NCBI RefSeq assembly: GCF_018350175.1
Contig: NC_058368.1
Coordinates: 57,414,001 to 57,478,000, forward strand
DNA length: 64,000 bases
Source of the DNA: Felis catus
Lineage: Eukaryota
Direction: 5' to 3'
The translations under genes and the position numbers were made by a program. Shown in pieces: positions 38,736 to 51,574 of the stretch. The notes beneath the pieces are model-generated. The model was not told the DNA's origin. It worked only from the letters and a program-made list of their open reading frames with translations, and made no database searches. Position 1 is the first letter of the stretch. Every line of letters starts with the position of its first letter.

Positions 38736-39419
38736 ACACGTGTGTCTAAAATAGCTAATGGACATTATTGTTAAGAAATGGCTTGATTTTAGAAAAATTC
38801 AAATCATATTTATTTGTTCAAATACAATCACATTCACTACCTTGAACTTCAATAATTTACAGTCTTTAATATCAAATAGACAATAAGTTAAATATATTTT
38901 TAATTAAGTAGACTGGTAAGATAGGTGAATTCTGTACCATAACCAAATCACTATCTTGGCTAGAATCTGAATGGCAATTTTCAGTAATTTTTTTAACTTG
39001 TATATTATAGTAAGAACTCAAGACTTAAATTTAATTCATTGATCTAACCAAGCTGTTTTACTAAGACAAGGTATTTAATATTATACAATCATTTATTAAT
39101 TCAATGTCTATTATGTCTATTATAGTTGGAAGGTATCTTAAATGTTGAAAAATAGGGAGATATTCCTGAAAGGTACCAGAAATTTGAATGTCATTATTGA
39201 GCATTATGGTTCCCATCTCAACTGTTTTACATCATTAGACACCTCTAACATGCTCTTCAGGAGTCCCATCATTCACATCATTTTAGTTTCCTTTTCTTTT
39301 TTCTTTTTTTAAAATCCTATAGCATTCTTTCCCTCTTTTTTTATACTACCGATGGAACATTTACTCAGTCTCAAAAACAGAAGTAAATACTAATTAGAAG
39401 TACTTCTGCTTTGTCCACT

Positions 39420-39560
39420 TCATTCCTTCATATACCCATTTATTCATTCAAACATTCTTTCAAATATTCATTTCATAAACATTTAATGTGTGGTGTCACT
39501 ATTCCAGGAATAGCTCTAGGTAAATAACAAACACATCTGTATTCATCAGGTACTAATAAT
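39420..39560 (-). mobile_element. L2 3' end relic
   Basis: (ttca)n-like run then 'aacatttaatgtgtgg...ccaggaatagctctagg'. Confidence 0.55.
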
Positions 39561-40136
39561 TGGAAGCTCTAAGCCCAGCACCACTCAATTCTAAAGCCAG
39601 CAACAAGTTCTTAGGTCCTAAGAGATGAAACTTGATATCTGTTATTGTTATATGCTTTGTAGCCATTGTGCTGGGGTAAATCCAACCACCTGTATACACA
39701 TTAGGCTAAGGAGCTTCCACTAAAATTCTATCTTCCAAATTTACATAAGTGGATGTTTTTCTAAGTTGAATAATCACAGTGTAATTCTATATTAGGACTG
39801 GAGTCAAGATCTATTCAAGAAGACCTGATGTAGCTGAAAAATCCAGTATCACCTCTTCAATTATGTTAGTGAAGTATAACAACAGAAGGCATGATGGAGA
39901 GATCCACAATGCTGTTATTACAAAATATTCCAAAAGTATTCATGCATATCCAAGTGTGTCTGGTCCTGACTTTCTGTCTCATGATAGCCTGAAGGTTACC
40001 ATCAGTTGAAAGGAATGCTTCTTTTGGACCTGTGACTTTAGTACTCACTAGTGAACCACAGGACTTGTATGTTAGTTATTTTCCATTGTTGATGCCAGTT
40101 TGTGCTTGCTTCCCTGCGCTTGTGCTTGCTTCCCTG

Positions 40137-40140
<4 letters not shown>

Positions 40141-40180
<40 letters not shown>
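40141..40180. repeat. (CT)20 microsatellite
   Basis: direct reading. Confidence 0.97.
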
Positions 40181-40182
<2 letters not shown>

Positions 40183-41424
40183 CCTCTCATGAATTCTCAG
40201 GTGAGGTAAGACCTAAGATGTTACAATATTTTTGTTCAGAAAGAGGCCCTGATTCTGAACCCTGGTCCCATAGTTAATAACACTCAATTAGAGCTCAATT
40301 TTTGTCATGTTTACCAATTGCAGCCAACTTAGAAGTATGTAATACAGCTTGCTAGATGTCAGAGTTCTTTGCTGATTTCATCTATCAACAAGGAAATAAT
40401 TTGTTTACAATAAAATAGATACTTCTCAAGAATTTTTGTGAGAATACAAAAACCAAATATGACATAACTGACATGCACTAAAAATGCTTTATGCTCATAT
40501 ATTGTATTTCCCTATGTTTATAGAAAAATTACTGAATTTCCATTAATTCATTTGACTAGTGATCCTCAATGTTCCTTCCCATATAATGATTTCTGTATTT
40601 TTTTATTTTACAAAAAAGGCCTTCCTAAGACTTATGTTTAATGCAGAGATGTTAACATAAATGAAGGAATTATTTTCTGTAGAGAATAACTCACAAAAAT
40701 AACTTTATAGTTGTAGAAATGTAGAATTTTTACTCATAATGTATACAGGATTCAGATATGAGAGGTAGGCTTGAAAGAGCAAATTAGAGTCAGATTTTAA
40801 AAGGCCTTTTATTTCAGTTTAATGAGCTAAATTCATCCTGACAGAATTTTTCCCTATTACTGAATAGAAATATCACTTTAAAAATTAATTTTCATCAACT
40901 ATCTTTCAGGTTGTATGCACATGTGTTTCGTGCATTGCTAAAATCAAATGCTTGCTATATGAGGGGTTTTAAACATGCCTTATTTTGGTTTTATAGGGCC
41001 CTCAGCAAAGGATGGATTTACCTTTAACCTTCTAATAACCTATATCCAGCATCCTCCCTCACAGTCAATTAAATTGAGAAAAATAGGATTTGTGTATTAT
41101 ACTCAGATCCACAACTAGAATTTTCAACTACTGGCCTCATTGACAGCCAGTTTATCATTCATTATTATTTTTTTGAAACTAAATAAAGTTAGCTTTCTTC
41201 ATAACCAGATAAGCAGGTTATTTCTAAGTGTCTATTAATGGGTATTTTGTTCCATGAAAAATAGTCCAAAATATTGTTTTTAAAGAGAACTGTGGAAATA
41301 TCATGGGGACACGAGAGCCACTATAATGTTAAGAATTTTTATATCTGTATTGCTTTATATTTTATGAATCATATTCTCATGTGTTATCTCATTTAATTTT
41401 CAACATAACCACTTAGAGATTTTC

Positions 41425-43290
41425 TTCAGTTTTATACAGAGGTAATTGACATTATGTGAGTTAAAGGTATATAACACATTGATTTGATACACTTACATAT
41501 TGCAAAATGCTTACCAACATAGACTTAGCTAACACTTCCATTAGGTCTCATAATTACTTTTTTTTTTTTTTTGGTAAGGACCTTTAAGTTTTATTCTTTT
41601 AGCAACTTTCAAGTACATAATACAGTATTATTAGCTATAATCACTTTATTGTACATTAAATGCTCAGGACTAACTCATTCTATAACTAAAAATTTTTACT
41701 TTTTGACCATTTCCCCTTTTCTGTCATCTTCCAGGCCCTGGTAACCACCATTCTACTCTGTGTGTCTACATGTTTGGCTTTTTTTAGATTCCACGTATAA
41801 GTGACATCAAGCAGCATATGTCTTCTCTGATTACCTGACTTAGCAAAATACCCTCAAGTTCCATCTATGTGTGGCAAACAGCAGGATGTCCTTCTATCTC
41901 ATGGCTGAGTAATACCTCACTGTATGCATACACACCACATCTTTATCCATTCATCCATTGACTGACACTTAGGTTATTTCCATATTTTGGCTACTGTGAA
42001 TAATGGTGCAATAAACTAAGAGTGTAGATATTTCATTGATATCCTGTTTTTATCTCCTATGGATACAAATCTAGAAAAGGGATTGCTAGATTATATGTTA
42101 GTTCTATTTTTAGTCTTTTGACTTCTGTACTGTTTTCCTTAGGGCATTCACCAATTTACATTTCTCCCATCAGTGCAAAAGGGCTCCCTTTTCTCTATAT
42201 CGTTGCTTATACTTACTGTCTCTTGTCTTTTTGATGCCAGCCACTCTAACAGGTGCGAAGTAAAATCCCATTGTGATTTTGATTTGCATTTCCTTGATAA
42301 ATAATGATGTTGAGGCCATTTTTATGTACCTGTTTGGACATTTAAATATCTTCTTTAGAAAAATGTCTATTCAGTTCCTCTGTCCATTTTTAAAATTGGA
42401 TTTTGTTTGGTTTTTGCTATTGAGTTGTAGTTCTCTATGTATTTTGGACATTAACCCCTTCCCAGATATATGATTTACAAATATTTTCTTCTATTCCATC
42501 TACTTGTCATCTATTTCTTGTCATCTACTAAAAGACAAAGCAGCCTTTGCTATGTAGAAACTTTTAAGTCCCACTTATTTGGTTGTGCTTTTGTTTGCTT
42601 TAATAAGTCATTTGTGAGACCAATGTCAAGGAGCTTACTCCCTATATTTTTTTCCAGGAGTTTTGTGGTTTCAGGTCTTACATTCAAGTTTTTAATTCAT
42701 TTTGAGTTGATTTTTATGTATAGCATAAGATAGGGGTCCAGGTTCATTTTTTTTTCATTGCACTGTCCAATTTTTCCAACACCATTTATTGAAAAGATGA
42801 TACTTTCCCATTATATATTCTTGCTTCCTTTGTCTTAAATTTATGGATAACGTATACATTGAAATGTTGATAGGCATTGCACTGAATATGTAGATCAATT
42901 TAGGTAGTATGGATATTTTAGCAATAATGATTTATCCATTCTAGGAGCACAGAATATCTTTCCATTTATTTGTGTCTTCTTCAATTTCTTTTAACAATGT
43001 CTTGTAGTTTTCAGAGTACAGATTTTTCACCTCCTTATTTAATTTATTCCTGAGTATTTTATTATTTTCAGTGGGAATTTTCCTTAAGTATAAAAGTATT
43101 TTATTGTTTCAAATGGGATTTTTTTTCGTAATTTTTCCTTCTGATAGTTTCTTGTTAGTGTATACAAATGTAACTGACTTTTGATTTTGTATCCTGAAAC
43201 TTTACTGAATTCATTTATTAGTTTTAACAGTATTTTGGTGGAGTCTTTAGGGTTTTCTATATCTAATGTTATCTGGAAATGGGTATAGTT
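41425..43290 (-). mobile_element. 5'-truncated old L1 (L1MA-like): 3'UTR and ORF2 C-terminal part
   Basis: 'gaggtaattgacatta...ggtaaccaccattctactctg...gatttgcatttccttgata...gtggagtctttagggttttcta'. Confidence 0.92.
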
Positions 43291-43325
43291 TTACATTTAC
43301 CTTTTGTTCTCTGTGTCTCATCATC

Positions 43326-43362
<37 letters not shown>

Positions 43363-44778
43363 TTCTGTCTTATTATCTGTTCCTCTGTGTCTTTGTCAGT
43401 ATGTGTGTGGGGGGTATGTATGTGTCTTTATCTGGATAGACTTTGCATTATCCTTATATTCATGAGGATTTTTTTTCCCAAAACAAACAAACAAAGAAAC
43501 CTTCCAAATGTTTGGAACATCCTGGCTCAAATGCAGAATTCTACACTCTGTTATCTCACAATTATTCTGGCATGAAATAATAACGTGAACCTAATTTGTC
43601 CATAAGAGGAATTTGATGACAGTGTAATAAGAAAAAAAAAAGGAATATGTCATTGTGTGCCTAATAACCATAAAAAATCCTCAAATTTTCAGTATAATGG
43701 AATTAAGAAAGTACGTATTAAATGTTCCATTTATCTTAGCTCTTATCGTGGTGCACTAAAAATTTTCAAAGAAGTCACATTGAAATGTTCAGTCAATGAA
43801 ATCATTAATTTTATAAAAATATTTAGAATATGCTAGTTATTTTGAGATTGATGCATTTATAATTTTGTAGCATATATTTAAAGGAAAAATAAAATTTCTG
43901 TATTGTATGTGGCTCTAAGTCTTATGGTATAAAAACAGACAGCTATTTCTTGTTATTGACTCCTGGAGGCCATTTCTGTCTAAAACAGATAATATGCATT
44001 CATAATGAAGGCCACAAAATACTTAAATATGTGTGTGTTTATGTACGTGTAGTGCAAAATACTGTTATTCAAAAGTGACTTCTGGATATTCCTTACAATT
44101 AAAGAATGCGGCATCACAAATAAATATAAATGCCTGCTAACATGCTATGCTATTGTATACACACAGGGATTTGATTTGGTGCTTGTGACATTTTAGAAAA
44201 GTAATGAAAGAATCTTTTGAAATCTTTAGCAAAGGAACATATTTATAACCGTGATATTTTAATCTGCTTAGGGAACATAGAATATTGAAATGGAAAAGGA
44301 CCTTGTAATCAATTTTATTCACTTTTATTATTTACACTTAATTCATTGGAGATAAAAGCTACTTTTGGATTTACTTTTTCATATTAAACATTTCCAAGGT
44401 TAGGGACTCAACAAACTCAAATGTTCCACAACTCAGAATTAATGGAAAACCTGAATTCATCATTCCGTAATCTAAATACAGTACACTGTTTATTATACTC
44501 TGCTTTTTTTAAAGGATAAAACTATTCACTTTCATAAGGAAACATTCTTCAATGTATTTGAAAGCTATAATCAGTGTTACCTTCAGCTTTCAGTTGTTCC
44601 CATGTTAAAACAATGATAGAGAAAAATACTTTCATAAGCTTTTCTTTATTGAACTTATTTCTATAACAATTAAACCCTTTAGAAACTGCCATGTTTATCA
44701 CCAAAGTCTCTACTGGAACTGTTGAATACACACTATAATCCAATCAAAGGTATTTCTGGCATTGAAAATTAAAACATT

Positions 44779-44991
44779 GGGGCGACTGGGTGGCTCAGTC
44801 GATTAAGCGTCCGACTTCAGCTCAGGTCACGATCTCGCGGTCCGTGAGTTCGAGCCCTGTGTTGGGCTCTGGGCTGATGGCTCAGAGCCTGGAGCCTGTT
44901 TCCGATTCTGTGTCTCCCTCTCTCTCTGCCCCTCCCCTGTTCATGCTCTGTCTCTCTCTGTCTCAAAAATAAATAAATGTTAAAAAAAAAA
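44779..44991 (+). mobile_element. Young Can-SINE (SINEC_Fc, 'ctgggctgatggctc' variant)
   Basis: TSD gaaaattaaaacatt at 44764-44778 and 44992-45006; CpG-rich. Confidence 0.97.
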
Positions 44992-45094
44992 GAAAATTAA
45001 AACATTCTTTTCTCTGCATGGAAAAGGTCTCAAGAAGACATATTTTATTAAGTTACTTTATATATAAAGGCTAGTGATATTATGTAATAAATAG

Positions 45095-45294
45095 TTTTTA
45101 AGTTTATTTACTTATTTTGAGAAAGAGAGACAGAGAAAGAGCCAGAGAGAGAGAGAGGGAGAGAGAGAATCCCAAGCAGGCTCTGTATCATCAGTGAAAA
45201 GCCAGATGTGGGCATTGAACCCACGAACTGTGAGACCATGACCTGAGCCAAAACCAACAGTCGGATGCTCAACAGACAGCCACCCAGGCATCCC
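45095..45294 (-). mobile_element. Can-SINE
   Basis: reverse body; degenerate TSD taataaata(g/t)t. Confidence 0.93.
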
Positions 45295-46706
45295 TATAAT
45301 AAATATTCTTTAAGATTCACAGACACAAAGAATTTTCATGCTATCATCAATGAAATAATAATACAATTAGAGTTACTGATGTCTTGTTTATATTAATTAA
45401 TATGAATGATATCATCATAGATGCCCAAAGTCTCAAAATAATTATGTATTGCAATACTTTTAAAACAATTTCCATAAGGTTGACTTCCTGGGTGGGAACA
45501 TCAGAGATAGAAGATATCTTTTAGTTTTCAAGAGACAACTCACATGGCATTTTATTGAAAAATATAGGTATGTAAACTATCTTCACTGATTCATTCAACA
45601 AATATTTTGGGGGACACATTTCCAGGCAGACAATGTTGATACTGGTTCAGACACTACTAATAAAGTTGATGAAGGATGGCAATTATATGTTATATTAAAT
45701 GTAAAATTGATATTTATTTATTCATTTCTCATCCAGAGAATATAACCATTGTTTAATTTTTTTAGATTATTGCAAAATAACAACAAAATTAACATTTTCA
45801 GTGTTGCCTGCAACAATGACATATATTTAAAAATCATATAGAAGTTTTTAAAAAATTCATATTGTAATAAAAATATACAATGTCACACTTCTAATTATAT
45901 AAAAATTGACTACTTATATGGACAATTTTAAAACAATTTTATTAGGGGATTTTGGTCATGGGTTTAACTTTTTTTTAATTAAAGATATTTTAATTTTTCT
46001 TTTTGGTTTTTCACTTTGTTGTATTGTTTTGGATATCAGTTATGATATGAGAAAGGAGAATGGGGAGAAAGATCATGACAGTACATTTAAAATGTTCTGT
46101 ATAAAAAGAGAAATATGAAAGTAATATTAATACATAGAATATAAAATTATATTCCTATTTTACTAAATCAAATATTAATATGTTATAATTATAATAATTA
46201 TCCTTATTCTTACTCACTTCCTCTCTTTGAGATAATTACTATTTATTGCCTAATATCAATTTTTTAATAACTGATCACATATAAACACACACATCACTTT
46301 TTGATGTACATTTTTTAGAATGAATATTATTTTCAAATATATATGGCATATATATAACAATAGCAAACAATAAGAAACTTAGTTTATTATGCTATAAAGA
46401 AAGAATTAAAAACTCCAACTTGAAGTTTCAAATACCACAAAATAGAATTTTATAACAATAAAGATGAGCCAAAATGAGAAAACATTAGACTCCTAAGCAC
46501 TGTTTCTGAAAACAACAAAAAAAGGCTTTGAAAGATAGCATATTATTAGCTCACAATTGAGTCCATGTTCAGTAGTTTCCTATGACATGGAAATATAACA
46601 AATATCCAACAAAGGCATGGCCTGGGCTGGCCATAATCTACCTGTTAACCTCATTCAACTCTCAAGTCTATTAAACCTTCTGTTTCTTTAAAAAGTTTGC
46701 CCTTTT

Positions 46707-46918
46707 GGGGCCTGTGGGTAGCTCAGTTTGTTAAGCATCCAACTTTGGCTCAGGTCATGATCCCACAGTTCACGAGTTCGAGCCCGCATTGGGCTCTATG
46801 CTGACAGCTCAGAGTCTGAAGCCTGCTTCAGATTCTGTGTCTCCCTCTCTCTCTCTGCCCATCCCCAGCTTGTTCTCCATCTCTCTGTCTCTTAAAAATA
46901 AATAAATGTTAAAAAAAC
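46707..46918 (+). mobile_element. Can-SINE
   Basis: TSD aaaagtttg(c/a)ccttt. Confidence 0.95.
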
Positions 46919-46940
46919 AAAAAGTTTGACCTTTCTATTC

Positions 46941-47154
46941 TTTTTTTTTTTATGTGTATTTTTGAGAGAGAGAAGACAGAGAGAAAGCAGGGGAGGGGCA
47001 GAGAGAGAGAGACACACACACACACAGAATCCAAAGCAGGCTCCAAGCTCCACACTGTCAGCACAGAGCCCGATGTGGGGCTCGAACTCAGGAACCATGA
47101 GATCATGACTGAGCGAAGTCAGTTGCTCAATTGGCTGAGCCACTCAGGTGCCCC
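46941..47154 (-). mobile_element. Can-SINE, tail-to-tail with the preceding copy
   Basis: TSD ctttctattcttttt. Confidence 0.95.
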
Positions 47155-47204
47155 ACACTTTCTATTCTTTTTAGGCAATTTACTCAGATATTTTCATGGC
47201 TGGA

Positions 47205-47622
47205 TTCCTAATTTTATTTGAGTTTCTGCTTAAATATCACTTCCTTAGAGAGGCCTTTTCCAAATAACGTATCAAACATTCCAGCTCTTGTCATTCTCTT
47301 TTCCACTGCCTTGCCTTACTTTCCTGCATTGCATTTATTAACACCTCATATATGTGGAAGCATATGTTCTGTATCTTTAGCTGGAATTTAAGTTCTATGA
47401 AGGCAAAGAAGTTGTTTATCTTTGATAGGGTGACCAAACGTCCTGATTTGTGTGAGACTGGGTATTTCTTAGGTGTGGAACTTTCAGTGCTGTAATGTCT
47501 TCCATAAGGTTCTTGTCAAACAAGGATGTTTTATCACCTTAGTTGTTTACTTTTGCTTTCCTTTCACCTGAAATAATGATAGACATAGAGTAGATGTCTA
47601 ATAACTACTTATTGAATGAATG
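47205..47622 (+). mobile_element. L2 3' end interrupted by MER94
   Basis: 'cttaaatatcacttccttagagaggcctttt...aagttctatgaaggcaaag...catagagtagatgtctaataactacttattgaatgaatga'. Confidence 0.8.
47426..47541. mobile_element. MER94-like hAT-Blackjack MITE
   Basis: TIRs tagggtgacca.../...tatcacctta; internal 'actttcagtgct'. Confidence 0.7.
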
Positions 47623-47729
47623 ATGTGAGTTTACCTTATTTAATTTCAAATTCAAGAATTATTTTTAAACATTTTATTAAGTTTTATAACAATGGAGCTG
47701 AATTTTTGGTGTTAATTTTTATTTTGGAT

Positions 47730-48420
47730 GCTTGGAAATTTGTACAAATATTCATAGGGATTTTAGTCATAGTCACTCAAACTGGAAATCACCAATATGT
47801 CTATTTTTTAATGTTTTTATTTATTTATTTTGAGAGAGAGAGACAGAGAGAAAGAGACAGAGAGAGAGACATGAATGGAGGGAGGGGCAGAAAGAGAGGG
47901 AGAGAGAATCCCAAGCAGGCTCTGCACTGTCAGCCCAGAGCCCAATGTAGGGCTCGATCTCACAAACAGTGAGATCATGACCTGAGCCGAAATCAAGAGT
48001 TGGAGGCTTAACCTACTGAGCCATTCAGGCACCCTATCAATATGTCTTTAAACTGGTGAAGGAATACACAAAATATGGTTCATCCAAACAATGGAATACT
48101 ACTGAGTACAAACTGGTGATGCACAGAACAACAGGATGGCTCTCAAATGCGTTATATTAGGCAAAAAAAGCTACACCTAAAGGCTCCATTTACATGAAAA
48201 GGCAAAACTAGGGGGACAGAGAAGAGATTGATGGTTGCCAGAGTGTGGGGGTGAAGGAAAGGTATGACTACAAAAGGGCAGTGCGAGGGAATGTTTTATG
48301 GGTGATAGAACTATTCTGTATTTTGATTGCAGTGGTAAAAACATGAGTCTATGCATCAGTCAAAACTCATTGATGTGAACACCAAGAAGAGTGAATGTAT
48401 AATATATAAATAAAAGTATT
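47730..48420 (+). mobile_element. Old L1 (L1MC/L1ME-like) 3' end
   Basis: 'catccaaacaatggaatactact...aaaggcaaaacta...atggttgccagag...tattctgtattttgattgcagtgg'. Confidence 0.8.
47804..48034 (-). mobile_element. Can-SINE nested in old L1
   Basis: TSD caatatgtct. Confidence 0.95.
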
Positions 48421-48786
48421 TTTTGATTGAAATGATGGTTTAGCATTGGAGAATAATCTGTGATGAAAGGCTAAAGAGTACTAGAATGCTTGTTTTTTAG
48501 AAAAGCAGGTTTAAAAAGCACATTGTATCTGTTTTCATATGAACGCACAAAATTATTTTGGGCCCCAAATCAAGAAAACTGAAAATAAAGGAATATACCT
48601 CAACAACGCAGTAGCTAAATTTAAGCTTAAAACCATACCTGAAATATGGTATGTGAATTAGATCTTTATAAATTTATTTTAAAAAACCTAAAAAATGTAT
48701 ACCTGAAGCACTTCTTTCCTCCATCCTAGTATTTCCCAAACTCACTCCAAGCATCATTTGACAACTTGATAAAAATTGATATTCCT

Positions 48787-48981
48787 GGGGTGCCTGGCTA
48801 GCTTGGTGGGGTAAGCACCCGACTCTTGATTTTGGGTCAGCTCATGATTCATGAGATTGAGTCCCAAGTCAGGCTCTGTGCCAGGCATGGAGCATGTTTA
48901 AGATTCTCTCTCCCTCTTCCTCTGCCCCTCTGCCACTTGTGCTTTCACTCTGCCTCTCAAAAAAAAAAAAAAAAAAAAAAA
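48787..48981 (+). mobile_element. Can-SINE (ctcttgattt variant) with pure A tail, inside a MER5-like relic
   Basis: ggggtgcctggctagc...gactcttgatttt...poly-A; flanks 'aacttgataaaaattgat' and 'agagattctgatttcatagtctag' are MER5-like. Confidence 0.9.
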
Positions 48982-49413
48982 GAAGAAGATTTTCCCAGGG
49001 CCCTTTTGTAAGAGATTCTGATTTCATAGTCTAGATTAGAGGCCAGGAAACTTTTGAATTGCATCCCTAAAAAAAGAAACTTTAAAGAAAACAACTGCTC
49101 CCCATAATTCTTTCTTAGCTACAAAGTCAGGATACTTGGAAAGTATCCTTGGAAATTTTCTATAGCTCCTATGAAATCAGACTACCACCAAAAAAAAAAG
49201 TGCTTGCAGGAGCTGGTTATAGATGTATAGTTGCAGTGCTATTCAAATAACCCCTTATTACTTCAAAACTAGTTAACTTTCATTCGTGGCCCACAATTTA
49301 AACTGAATTTCCTATAGAAAAGGCTTTTTTAACCTTTGATGACTTGCTGCCATCCACTTTTCTGGATGATGCTTTCCTCAGTGTCTTTCTTCCCTTTACA
49401 ACATGGCATTGCA

Positions 49414-49632
49414 GGGGCGCCTGGGTGGCTCAGTTGGTTGAGCGTCTGACTTTGGCTCAGGTCATGATCTCACAGCTCATGAGTTTGAGTCCAGTGTCAG
49501 GTTCTGTGCTGACAGCTCAGAGCCTGGAGCCTGCTTCGGAATCTGTCTCCTTTCTCTCTCTCTCTGCCCCTAACCCACTCTCATTCTGTCTCTGTCTCTC
49601 TCAAAAATAAATAAATATTTAAAAAAAATTAA
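49414..49632 (+). mobile_element. Can-SINE
   Basis: perfect TSD aacatggcattgca at 49400-49413 and 49633-49646. Confidence 0.97.
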
Positions 49633-49862
49633 AACATGGCATTGCATGAATTTAGAGACCTTGTCTATCTTTCTCACTGTGGAATCTCTAACATAAGCCA
49701 CTCTATTCCTTTTTGAGTGACAACTTGCACATCATTTAACTGACAAGCAGAACCATTTTCCTGGGTTCACATTATTGATATAACGTTACCTATGTGTATG
49801 TACAATATATTTCATACATATACACAATGTCATGTGTGCTAAATACTTAAAACGCACCTCTC

Positions 49863-50070
49863 TTTTTAATTTTTTTAATGTTTATTTATATTTGAGAGAC
49901 AGAGTGTGACAAGTGGAGGGGCTGAGAGAGAGGGGGACACCGAATCCGAAGCAGGCTCTAGGCTCTGAACTGTCAGCACATAGACCGACGCGGGCCTTGA
50001 ACTCACGAACCGCGAGATCATGACCTGAGCCGAAGTCGAACGCTTGACCGACTGAGTCACCCAGGCACCC
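49863..50070 (-). mobile_element. Young Can-SINE (CpG-rich)
   Basis: TSD ttaaaac(g/a)ca(c/a)ctctctt. Confidence 0.96.
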
Positions 50071-50929
50071 TTAAAACACAACTCTCTTATGCTTACGCTT
50101 TAGTATAATAAACACATCTCTCTCTTGACAGCTTGAATAGCTCTCTATTTCTTGCACCCAACAAGATCTAGCTAAAAGATAGGATGAGGAGCAAAGCAAT
50201 ACTGGGAAGAAAGCAGCCATGGTATCAAGGACACACATTGTAATGGGGGTAGGGTTCTTTACATTTGGAAAGACTATCAATCCTAGTGAATATATCTGAA
50301 TTGCCAGGCAAACCTGAAATGAATACAGGCTGGCAGTTTTCCAGACTGCATGAGGAAAGAAACAAGGCATGGTGATTATTTAAAACATTATATCAATAAA
50401 TTATCATATAATTAGATTAAAATAATCTTAGAAAAAAAAAGGTTTTATTTTGGAATTTGTCATTGTTATTTCCCACAGATTTAAAGAAAAACTAACCATT
50501 TTTGTAAAACGTTTTATCCATCTGTAACAAGAACGAAAGTGTTCTGCTTCAGAGGAGCAAGAAGAGGTTGTGGGGGCCACAAACCTCCTTTTATCCTATG
50601 TGGGTGGACTTCTAAGGAGACTAGAGATGACACTGAGGAGATGGTCTTCAATGGAGCCAAATGCATACTGCAAGGGCAGCTCTATACTACACTCGATATG
50701 CTTTTCAATATGCTCATCTGTCCAAAAACATCCCTCCCTCCCCTTCCTCCACCAATCTGTCTCTCATCTCCTTTATGACTGGGCTGAAGACACAAATCAC
50801 TATGGCAGCACTCCTGATTAACCCCGACTCACTCTGATTGCTTTTTGTGTTTACTTCACTTTACAACTTGCATGTTGGCTGTGCTATGTTAATTTGCTCT
50901 CATTTATTTGCTGCTTTTTAAAGGTTGTT

Positions 50930-51030
50930 AAATCTTTTTAATCTCCTGCTAAACTGTCAACTCTTTGAAGGCAGGTGCCGTGGATTTTATTTCTTTTATG
51001 CCCTCTCAAAACTTAGTAGAGTGGTCTGCC
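50930..51030 (+). mobile_element. L2 3' end relic
   Basis: 'tctcctgctaaactgtcaactctttgaaggcagg...cttagtagagtggtctgcccata'. Confidence 0.65.
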
Positions 51031-51180
51031 CATATGACCACCGAAGAACAAAATGAAGGCAGCCTGACACAGATTCAGCTTTACATGAAAGTGATGCTGC
51101 TGTGAAAAGAAATACACGTTTTGAAATAACTCTAAACTACAGAAAGACAACTGCTTCTTCTAAGCCATTTTCCAAACTGC

Positions 51181-51498
51181 AATTAAAAATAGAGCTACCC
51201 TATGCCGAACAATAGCACTACTAGGAATTTATCCAAAGAATACAGGAGTGCTGATTCATAGGGGCACATGTGCCCCAATGTTTATAGCAGCTCTTTTCAA
51301 CAATAGCCAAATAATGGAAAGAGCCTAAATGTCCACCAACGGATGAATGGATAAAGAAGATGTGGTTTATATATACAATGGAATACTACTTGGCAATAGG
51401 AAAGAATGAAATCATGCCACTTGCAGCAATGTGGATGGGACTGGAAGGTATTATGCTGAGTGAAATAAGTCAGTCAGAAAAGGACAGATATCATATGT
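51181..51498 (+). mobile_element. Carnivore L1 fragment (end of ORF2), no poly-A
   Basis: 'aaaatagagctaccctatg...ccaatgtttatagcagc...gagtgaaataagtcagtcagaaaaggacagatatcatatg'. Confidence 0.92.
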
Positions 51499-51574
51499 CT
51501 ATACCTATATCTAATTTAGAACTGAGAAACTAGATGCCAATTTCGCATATACTATATACTCAGATAGTAGTGGG

